From: Chiloscyllium plagiosum | Taxonomy: Eukaryota | Direction of reading: 5' to 3' | Length of the DNA: 20,000 bases | NCBI RefSeq assembly: GCF_004010195.1 | Contig: NC_057718.1 | Span: 16,314,339-16,334,338 of the forward strand | In this document: piece by piece, positions 9,477 to 18,683 of the stretch | Numbering within the stretch: position 1 is the stretch's first letter | Layout of the letters: each line of letters begins with the position of its first letter | Made by a program: the position numbers and the translations under genes | The notes under the pieces: generated by a model | Told to the model about the DNA's origin: nothing | What the model saw: the letters and a program-made list of their open reading frames with translations, nothing else | Databases searched by the model: none

Positions 9477-10501
9477 CCTCAAAGATCAGCAAGGTGGCCT
9501 TTGTGTGAAGCCGCAGAAAATGGGGGAGATACTAAATGAGTATTTTGCATCAGTATTTACTGTGGAAAAGGGTATGGAGGATATAGAAAGTAGCATAATA
9601 GGTGGTGACACCTTGCAACATGCCCAGATTACAGAGGAGGAAGTGCTGGATGTCTTGAAATGGGTAAAGGTGAGTAAATCCCCAGGACCTGATCAGGTGT
9701 ACCCTAGAACTCTGTGGGAAGCTAGAGAAGTGACTGCTGGTCCTCTTGCTGAGGTATTTGTATCATTGATAGTCACAGGTGAGGTGTCGGAAGACTGGAG
9801 GTTGGCTAATGTGCTGCCACTGTTTAAGATGGATGGTAAGGACAAGCCTGGGAATTATAGACCAGTGAGCCTGACCTCAGTGGGGGGCACGGAATCCTGA
9901 GGGACAGGATGTGCATGTATTTGGAAAGGCAAGGACTGATAAGGAATAGTCAACATGGTTTTGTGTTTGGGAAATCATGTCTCACAAACTTGATTGAGTT
10001 TTTTGAGGAAGTAACAAAGAGGATTGATGAGGAAAGAGCAGAAGATGTGATCTATATGGACTTCAGTAAGGCATTCGACAAGATTCCCCATGGGAGACTC
10101 ATTAGCAAGGTTAGATCTCACGGAATACAGGGAGAACATTTGGATGTTCCTTTGAGCCATTTGGATGCAGAACTGGCTCAAAGGTAGAAGACAGAGGGTG
10201 GTGGTGGAGGGTTGTTTTTCAGACTGGAGGTCTGTGACCAGTGGAGGGCCACAAGGATCGGTGCTGGGCCCTCTACTTTTCGTCATTTACATAAATGATT
10301 TGGATGCGAGCATAAGAGGTACAGTTAGTAAGTCTGCAGATGACACCAAAATTGGAGGTGTCGTGGACAGCAAAGACGGTTACCTCAGATTACAACAGGA
10401 TCTTGACCAGATGGGCCATTGGGCTAAGAAGTGGCAGATGGAGTTTAATTCAGATAAATGCGAGGTGCTGCATTTTGGGAAAGCAAATCTTAGCAGGACT
10501 T

Positions 10502-10750
10502 NNNNNNNNNNNNNNNNNNNNNNNNNNNNNNNNNNNNNNNNNNNNNNNNNNNNNNNNNNNNNNNNNNNNNNNNNNNNNNNNNNNNNNNNNNNNNNNNNNN
10601 NNNNNNNNNNNNNNNNNNNNNNNNNNNNNNNNNNNNNNNNNNNNNNNNNNNNNNNNNNNNNNNNNNNNNNNNNNNNNNNNNNNNNNNNNNNNNNNNNNNN
10701 NNNNNNNNNNNNNNNNNNNNNNNNNNNNNNNNNNNNNNNNNNNNNNNNNN
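10502..10750. other. Assembly gap (249 N)
   Basis: Run of N within the CR1 ORF2 C-terminal region. Confidence 1.
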
Positions 10751-11039
10751 ACCTATGGGGCAACTTTTTCACGCAGAGGTGGTACGTGTGTGGAATGAGC
10801 TGCCAGAGGACGTGGTGGAGGCTGGTACAATTGCAACATTTAAGAGGCATTTGGAGGGGTATATGAATAGGAAGGGTTTGGAGGGATATGGGCCGGGTGC
10901 TGGCAGGTGGGACTAGATTGGGTTGGGATATCTGGTCGGCATGGACGGGTTGAACCGAAGGGTCTGTTTCCATGCTGTACGTCTCTATGACTCTATGACT
11001 TTAGGAGTGGAAAATATAGTTTTGGATAAGTTTGCCAAG

Positions 11040-12793
11040 AATGGCCTCCTTTTGTGCTGTAAATATCTAAGAACATGAAGTGTGGAACATGAGGGGAACC
11101 TAAAAGGGAAATTAGGAAAGTTAAGATAATCCTTGAGAAAGAATTGGCAGATAGTACAAAGAAAAGCCCAAATGATTTTTAAAAAGTATATGCAGAGCAA
11201 AAGGGGCTAATGGAGATAATCTCGATGTGGACCCAGAAAATCTGGACTCGTCCTCAATAAATACTTTGTATTGATCTTCACAATAGAAAAGGATGGTGCT
11301 GGTATCGAAATCAGAGTGGAGAACTATAAAGTATTAGAAGAAATTAACATAGACAGGAGAAACTAGCAGGTTCAGCAACTTAAAATGGTTAAATCCACAA
11401 GCATGAATGAGATGTATCCCAGGCTGCTGAAAGAGGAAACATTCAGTCTGGCCACAGGTGAGACACCAGAGGACTGCTACATTTATCCCATTACTGAAAA
11501 AGGGTGGAAGGATAGACCAAAAACTGTAGGTCGGTCAATATAACCTGAGTGGTGGTGAAGTTATCAGAAACAAAATTGATGCTGTGAACTGCTCCTGGGG
11601 AGACGCTGCTTAATCAAAGAAGATGATGAACAAATGGTTTGAAGAGGTAACCAGGAATGTGGATTAGGGTAGTGCATTTGATATGATCTGTATGGACTTT
11701 AGCAAGGATTTTGATAAGATTGCTCATGGCAGGCTAATCAAGAAATTATGAGCCTATGGGTTTGAAGTTAAAATGGCATGTTGGCTTCAAAATCGGCTGG
11801 GAGGCAGGAAGTAGAGGATGATGGGAGAAGGCAGTTTGTTTCCAGTGGCATTTCACTGGGGCCCTTATTGTTTGAGGTGTACATTTATGTTTTGGATTCA
11901 AATGTATGATGAAAATGTAGACAATACCATAATTGTTCAGGTGGTAAGTAGTGAGGAAAATAACTGTAAACTGCAAAGCATTGGAAAAAATAATTCAACT
12001 GTGAAATTGTGAGGTCATGCAGCTGAGGAGGACTCATAAGGGGTGAGGGCTTTGGAAAAACACTGACGTTTGGAGATCTTATGCATTCCACAGAACCCTC
12101 AAGGTAGTAGAACATATTGATAAGGTAGTTAACAAGGCATATTAACCGAGGCAAAGAATACAAGAGCTAATAGTTATTTTGGACTGTATAGTGCACTTAT
12201 TAGGCCACAACTGTGTGGTTTTGGTCACTATATTTATAGGAAGAATGTGATTGCACTAGAGATGGTGTAGTGGAGACTTTCCAGGATGCTGTCTGGTCTG
12301 GAGGATCTGAGCTCTGAGAAAAAATTGGATTGGTTGGGGTTGTTTCTCTGGAGCAGCGAAGGTTAAGAGGGGACCCGATAGAGGTGTTTGAGATTGAGGG
12401 GCACAGATAAGGTGGCCTGAATGACACTTTCCATTAATAAAAGGAACACAAATTAGGGGAATATAGATTAAAGACATAAAACGCTAAGGAGATTTGATAA
12501 TCTTTTCTACATAGCCTCCTGGGTGATGGGTCTTTTCTACTGGGCCTCTACGCCATCTGTGACTTGTTCTCTCCATCTCTGTCAAAAGTATAAAATGTAT
12601 TTTCCAGGACCTTTCAACTCCAAAGATGTCATATCGGATCGAAATGTTAACTCTGTTTCTCTCTGTCCACAGATGCTGTCAGACCTGCTGAGTTTCTCCA
12701 GCATTCTTTGTATTAGTGTTGGCTGTCTTTGTTGGTTGGCTGGCATAGACATGATGGGCCAAATGGCCATCTATGGTGTAATCATCTATGATC
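11040..12793 (+). mobile_element. Old, heavily decayed CR1 ORF2 and 3' end
   Basis: Remnants atggactttagcaaggattttgataagattgctcatggcaggcta (MDFSKDFDKIAHGRL), gagcagcgaaggttaagaggggacccgatagaggtg (EQRRLRGDPIEV) and 3' end gacatgatgggccaaatggcc...ctatgatct. Confidence 0.75.
12520..12712 (+). mobile_element. Penelope-like 3' tail fragment inside the old CR1
   Basis: cgaaatgttaactctg...ccacagatgctgtcagacctgctgagtttctccagcatt, homologous to 5500-5560. Confidence 0.6.
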
Positions 12794-13399
12794 TGTTTAG
12801 AAAATATATTAAAAAACAGTTGAATGTTGGTTAGTTAAGTTTTTTTTGAAGTTAAGAAATCTAAAGAATTAAAGATTTCCAACTTGATCACTTAATCTGA
12901 AGCTTCTGAGACATCTTAGCTTCAGCTAGAGCCATATTTCTACTGCTTCAGCACATGCCCATTTTTCCAAGAGTGTTGATACAAGAATCCTCCCCAAACC
13001 ATAATATATTTTTTGTGAAGAAATTGCACTGGAGTTGTGAACTACTTAGGAGTAATTGTTGAGTATGATGCATACATGAAGTGCTGGAAGAAATACGAAG
13101 TAATTGTCAAGCAAACGTACACCATTTACTAGCCTTGAGTCACTTCCAGTTCATGTTGCAATGAGTATATAAGTGCTGCCGTAGAAGATACAAGGAATAA
13201 AGGTACTGTCTGGGATGGAGATGAGTCTTGAGCCTTGGTTTAGTTCCTCCTTCCATTGAGAGAAGGAGTCATCACAGTTATTTGTTTTTCTATCTTATTT
13301 GCTGCAACACTCCACATAAGTGGGCAGCTTCATGGATATGAGGCCGAGTGTCTTTACAGGATTTGCAAGAAACTGCTCCACTGCGTTCCTGTCCAGAGC

Positions 13400-14062
13400 C
13401 AATATCACCCAACATGTGCCATCAAGCAGTAGATAACAAATACCTGCATTTGCTTGATGAGGCTGAACCCTGATCATCATCAATTCATTCATGGAGGCAT
13501 ATGAGAGAATAGGCCATCCAGAGCATAAAAGTCCTCTGAGACTTTGTTTCTTCTTCACAAACCAGACTGTGAAGACTGCAGCAAAAAGCTGGACAACATG
13601 CATCATTCCTCAAACTTTTCAGTAAGGGCAGAGACGATGAGACTCAATATCTCCTGAATATTGCAGTGCAGCATTTGGCCGTGTGAAGATTACAGGCAGC
13701 CCTCAGGTTGTGAACAGGTTCTATTCTTGAGTACGAGTATAAGTCGATTTGTGTGCAAGTCGGACCGCAATACCAAACAATATAAAATAACTGTTCGCAA
13801 GAATGAGGAATCTTTAAAATTAATGCTAATACATGTTTGTGTGGGATATAAGAAAGAATATTTGTAAGTCAGACATTTGTAAATAAGGAATCCCTGTGTG
13901 GTGTTTGATGACACGAACTTCAAACCTAGTACTGACCCCACAGTCTGCAGGACAACTATGTTATTTAACTTCCTGTATGTATCACACGCATGGACAATGT
14001 TCAACAAACATTTCAAATCTCTGGAGAAATATCAACAGCAATGCCCTGCAAAATCCTGTAAT
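13400..14062 (+). mobile_element. Decayed RTE-clade LINE fragment (RT C-terminal region), split by a MITE
   Basis: IINSFMEAYERIG, SAAFGRV, then after the insertion VFDDTNFKPST...FLYVSHAWTMFNKHFKSLEKYQQQC. This resembles recalled RTE sequence AFGRL..RVF....L...TK..VY...LLYG.E.WT....H.K.LE.YHQRC. Confidence 0.65.
13693..13896. mobile_element. Small Tigger/pogo-like (Tc1-mariner) MITE, decayed
   Basis: Begins TA|CAGGCAGCCCTCAGGTTGTGAAC and ends ...ttgtaagtcagacatttgtaaataaggaatccctg. It interrupts otherwise contiguous RTE coding sequence. Confidence 0.5.
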
Positions 14063-14889
14063 AGCAGAATTGGCACTAACATAGGGGTTGTTGAGCAAAT
14101 CAGATAATTAATTTATGATAAGTCAATTTAAAATTCTTAATCTCTTAAAATCTTCCAATTTAATGGAGATGACACTCCTACAGAGCATGATTGAGAATGT
14201 ATGCAGCTGTAGGCTTCCTTAGGCCCATGGCTAAAGGAGAAGGATGTGTGTAGCTGGTCTCCGCCACTATGCTGAACAATGCCAATATTGCATCACTCAC
14301 ATTATTGTGTTCTATCAACTACTTATATGTCCAAAAGGACATACTACCTCAGAGTACACAGTCTTATTCAGAAATGTATGTTGTACTGATAAGCTGCGGG
14401 TGACTAGGAATTGCAGTAAGTGTAACTTTGTGATTGACGTTTCTCAAAAAAAATCACCACCAAATAATTTAGCTCTTTACTTGTTTAAATTAACTGCAAT
14501 AAGTGACAGTCATAATGTACATGAACCTTTTAAAATTAGTTTTTGTATTAAACTTTTGTATGTGTTTTAATGATAATCTGATAAGAAAGATTGTAGCCAT
14601 AAAGCTAATCACTTCATTAGTAATAGTAGAATATCTGAATTTAAACTCTGAAAATTCAGTGAAATTTAAGGTAAGCTATGCAACGAGAATCCTAGTAGCA
14701 GTTGACCTTTGGCAAATATATTTGTGACTGAGTGACAATTTTGGTCTTTATTCAAATCAGTAACTTCAAGAAAATAAAACCATGGTCATGCAAAAATCCC
14801 CATGGTTATTATTTTGAGCTTTTACATTTCTCAGACTTGATATGCTTTTACATTCATTACCAAAGACAACTTTTGTTTTATATATTCAG

Positions 14890-15037
14890 GGAAGAATGGA
14901 CAGAAGCAATCCAAGCAGTAGCAGATAGACTTCAAAGGCAAGAGGAAGATCGAATGAACTGCAGTTCCAGTCCCAATCTAGATATTACAGGAGAGGATGA
15001 AATGGATACCTCTCTCAGTCATCCCAAACGCAGAGTG
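14890..15037 (+). CDS. AKT3: Internal coding exon of an AKT serine/threonine kinase, most similar to AKT3 (PH-domain C-terminal helix and PH-kinase linker)
   Basis: Acceptor ttttgttttatatattcAG ends at 14889. The exon reads (R)EEWTEAIQAVADRLQRQEEDRMNCSSSPNLDITGEDEMDTSLSHPKRRV. Donor GTG|GTAAGA at 15038. It closely matches recalled AKT3 REEWTEAIQAVADRLQRQEEERMNCS. The phase-2 start and phase-0 end match the AKT-family exon. Confidence 0.92.
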
Positions 15038-16084
15038 GTAAGAACAATTATTGTTATTGTATTAAATAAATTGCATCATCTGGTGTAACATTTAAGTCTT
15101 GCAATGATTTTACCAAAACAACTTGTAATTATTTAGCACTAATCAAATACATAAATGGATTTGAGGAGTTCATCCTTCATTTCATTCTTATAGTGAATTT
15201 GCAAAAGGAGGTGAGAATGGCGAGACTATAATGAGGACCATGATATCAGTTAATACAAAAAAACGGTTTGACTTTGCAGTTTGAAAACATTTTAAGTTCA
15301 GTGAGTTAGTTTTTAATAGATTGCAAGTTTACATTTGGTCAATAGGTTTGTAATCCATTTTAATCCTGTCATACTATCCATTTATATTGATCTGAGATCC
15401 TGCTGGAATCATACAAGAAATAGTGTTCTGGTGGGAGCTACTGCACTATGATTGGCTGAGTAGATAATCTAATGAATCAGCTTTGATCCTGTCAGTTCTT
15501 TGCAATTGATATACCTATCCAAAGCAACAGCTCTCCAGATACATTTTGTACGACTTTTCTTTCTCACTCATTGGGTCGAATCTTTGGAGGACTGGCAACT
15601 GTTTTTATATCGCCACTCTGCTGCTAATGTTTTGTATCTTATGGTAGAGGTCTGCATTCCTGACCAGGGCTTCTGAACCTTGCCTCTTCAGAAATGCAGA
15701 ATAGTCCCCTGTCAAAGGCCTTCTTCACAACAGTATCACTGATAGGGGAAAACCAGTCACGACCCACTATTTGCTGTTTGCTGATAAGTCTTCATTCAGT
15801 AGTACACAAAAAAAATTGGGATATTTAAGTAGATTTTTAGTGAATGTCAACTCCTAGATAAATGGGTAAGTAGCAGGATGGTGAGGTAGGGTTGAGGGCC
15901 TGAGGCTGGAAGGGTGTTGGAAGATCAGGGATGGAGTTGTGGGGACCACTGGTATAGTGAAGAGTGCACTGGTGGGGAGGGTTTCCTGGGGAAATTTCGT
16001 GTTAGTCAGTCAGAGCTCTTCCAAGCCTTGAATTCTTACACTGAGTTGGAGACATGTGCACAGGGTTCTAGAAAGCTAGGGGAT

Positions 16085-16210
16085 TTCCCATTGGACAAGC
16101 ATATGGATGTAAGTGGAATAGTATAGGTTAGATGGGCTTCAGATTGTATGACTGGTTGGTGCAACATCGAGGGCCGAAGGGCCTGTACTGCACTGTAATG
16201 TTCTATGTAA
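16085..16210 (+). mobile_element. CR1 extreme 3' end fragment
   Basis: ttggacaagcatatggat...caacatcgagggccgaagggcctgtactgcactgtaatgttctatgt is a CR1 3' UTR stem and tail. Confidence 0.7.
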
Positions 16211-17326
16211 CTTTAGACTTCCTGGGCAATTCCTGCTATGTCAGTGGCTTCAGGATTTCAGATCTAACATATCTTTTAAGGGTAAGGGTTCAGAGAAGAG
16301 AAGATCTTTTACAAAATCATTACTGAGGCCTATTGCCTGGTTTGCATTTTCAAAATACTTGCTTTAAAAAAAAATTGTGAAGTGTATTTTGTTTTCATAT
16401 TCTGCTTTTAACCTTACTTCTAGATGTGTTCCCATGTGTTTTTTTAGCTTTACTTTCATTATTTTCAATATTTATGTTTTTTCTTTCCTTTTTCTAACAC
16501 TTGTTCCACAGTGTTTTAAGTTTTAGGTTCTCAACTTGTGAAATTCCTGTTTAGCATGAGGTTTTTTTCCAGTTCCAATTCTAATTTTGCACCATCTCTT
16601 TTTCTTACACTACAAAATGAAAACTTTATCCCCACACTATTTTCTTTACTTCCTCAATTATCAACCATCTTTCCTCACCCTTTCACAACTGCAGGTGTCT
16701 CAAAACTGGCAACTGCAGAACAAAGTCAATGCCACATTTCAGATCCTGCTGGTTTAAAGGGCAGATAAGTTGGGTTGGGTGAATAGGGTTGAGCTGGGTC
16801 AAGTTGAGAGTTGCTTTGAAAGAGATTGGTGTGTGAAGTTAATAACTAGTTCAGCAAATTGCCACGTCTATAAGCATCTAGCCAAGCAAGATAGTAGGTT
16901 ATTTTACTCACTTTATAAGAATTATAGTTCACGCATGGCAGCTTGTTGGAGTGTCTCTAGTTCTCAGAGCCAGATTTGAGACTGTACCTGTACACTTGAT
17001 GTATATATGGAATCATCAATCCTAATAATTTTCTTGTGCAAGATAGAGTCAGGTACAGTAACATGAAACATAGTTCTACATTACATGATTTATTTTCCTC
17101 CTTTACTTCCCAAACTACTACTGGATGTTGTCAAATGTAAAGATTGTTATTTCAATAAAGATTGTGACCTGATAATAGCATGTCAGTGCTGCCTAGCACT
17201 ATCTTGCTATAGGAAGAAAGGTACATTTCTAATTTGCTATTTTAAACAAAAAATTGCCATAAAAATATAAATGGGGAGAATAGTTCAGTCCAATTTATTG
17301 TTTACTTTCCATTTTTTCTCCTACTA

Positions 17327-18020
17327 CAGGTTGTTCTCCTATAGTGCTGAAGTTGTGTTCCAGTGAAACTTCGCTTAATAGAAAATTGCTTAATAGAAAT
17401 AATGAGGTCTGAGGGAAAAGTGGGGTAGGGTAAGACCAGCAAAGAATGTCACTCATGATCACTCAAGAATCACCCAAAAGTATAAAGCAAAGTATAGCAC
17501 AGCCTGAAAGAAGGTTGAAACCATATTAACAAAATTTTATTAACAAAATAAAAGTAAATTTAATACCGTACAAAAAAAAAGGCTGCTCACTGTACAGTAT
17601 CTATCACAGAAAGCAGCACTGTCAGCAGTGTCATGACCTCTGAGTATGAGCAGAACGGCACGAAGCCAGGCACTGACATCGCGCACGCGCAGAATGGTGT
17701 GGAGACTTTGGTGCAGACATAGGTGCATGCGCAGAACGGCCCGAAAACTGGCACCAATGTTGCGCATGCACAGAACAGTGCAGACACCAGCACGTGCAGA
17801 ATGGCACGGACACCGGCGCATGCGCAAAATGGCACAGAAATTTTGGTGTGGACATTGGTGCATGCGCAAAGCGAAGCATGTGAACCTGATACCTGATTCC
17901 CATTGGAATCGCACTATTGCAAATGGAGGTAAGTGTTTTTGAAAATATTGTTTCCTAATTCTTCAGTGACGTTATAGCCAAATTCCGTTTCCGAAACGCA
18001 TGTTATCCCAGAACTGCCTG
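17327..18020. mobile_element. Tigger/pogo-like non-autonomous DNA transposon with an internal minisatellite
   Basis: TA at 17325-17326 and 18021-18022. Left end CAGGTTGTTCT versus right-end reverse complement CAGGCAGTTCT. Subterminal gcttaatagaaa is repeated twice. Confidence 0.65.
17645..17872. repeat. Degenerate GC-rich minisatellite, about 7 units of 27-42 bp anchored on GCATGCGCAGAA
   Basis: Recurrent gcatgcgcagaacggc, gcacgcgcagaatgg, gcatgcacagaacag and gcatgcgcaaaatggc. Confidence 0.85.
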
Positions 18021-18683
18021 TACTCTGTTTAAAAGTCTTTTTTGCCGAGGAACTGACAAAATCTTTCCTAGCTAAAATGAGAACAGTTATGAAATGGCAC
18101 AGAATTAACTATTAACAAAGACTCCTATTGATTGAGGGTACAAGGAAAATAAACATGCTTTTGCTTTCAAAATAATGGTTGTGCAAAATTACATTCGTCA
18201 GAAAGGGGTACTCATGAAGTTACTGCATTTAATTAAAAAATGTAGGTACTTCAATATTGTAATTTAACTTGCAGTTATTATGAGAAAAGGCAGTTCAGTC
18301 ATCTAACCATATTTAATATTGCTCATTTGTTAATGTTTTTCTGTATATAGTACCTTGATCAGTGGATCACTCAAGTGATCATCGTAAATTATATCGTACA
18401 GAAGCTGAGCATTTGAACCAGAGAGAGTGTACAAAATTGGTAATCTTTCTGTCTCTCCCTTATTAAACAACATTGGCTTCTCATCAGATACTTCAAAACA
18501 TTTAGGCTTACAGCCTGGTTAGACAGCTTTGTAGTGTGGACTATCCATCCTGTATTTTGTGGGGCACCATGTGTTCCAACAATCATTTTCTATAGGAAAT
18601 TACTCCAGCTGCAAAAACCTGAGCTCTGGATTTTGGATCCTTGGCGGCAGATGGAATCACTATGATACATCTGCAAAGCTGAT

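Larger units (their letters stand above)
7495..11000 (+). mobile_element. Near full-length CR1-type LINE (ORF1 zinc finger and SGNH esterase; ORF2 APE and RT), inactivated
   Basis: ORF1: DYICHKCCWLQIL, then VLEGSLVRGTD...CCFPGARIKDV...VHIGTNDIG, stop at 8390-8392. ORF2: CIYFNARG...ETWL, KSPGPD, PGNYRPVSLTS, QHGF, YMDFSKAFDK, PQGSVLGPLLFVIYINDL, ADDTK. Tail (CTATGACT)x2 ends at 11000. Contains frameshifts, an internal deletion, an insertion and an N gap. Confidence 0.95.

Noticed and set aside
10137..10167. CATTTGGATG direct repeat in the CR1 RT region
   Set aside because: A small local duplication or repair scar in a dead copy, with no sign of function.
10165..10973. Long ORFs spanning X runs
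   Set aside because: Their lengths are inflated by the N gap. The real part is CR1 reverse transcriptase.
14732..15088. 118-aa ORF as a stand-alone gene
   Set aside because: Only 14890-15037 is AKT-like and it is bounded by AG and GT. The rest is intronic read-through.
15430..17000. Possible further old repeats or an additional AKT exon
   Set aside because: I found no kinase-domain start (TMNxFxYLKLLGKG) or other AKT peptide, and could not assign a repeat family by eye apart from the CR1 tail at 16085-16210.
17645..17872. CRISPR-like repeat/spacer appearance
   Set aside because: The repeats are degenerate, the intervening sequences resemble each other, there are no cas genes and the context is vertebrate.
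17540..17942. Four overlapping Cys/Arg/His-rich ORFs
   Set aside because: By-products of a GC-rich minisatellite with few stop codons. No recognisable domain or splice support.
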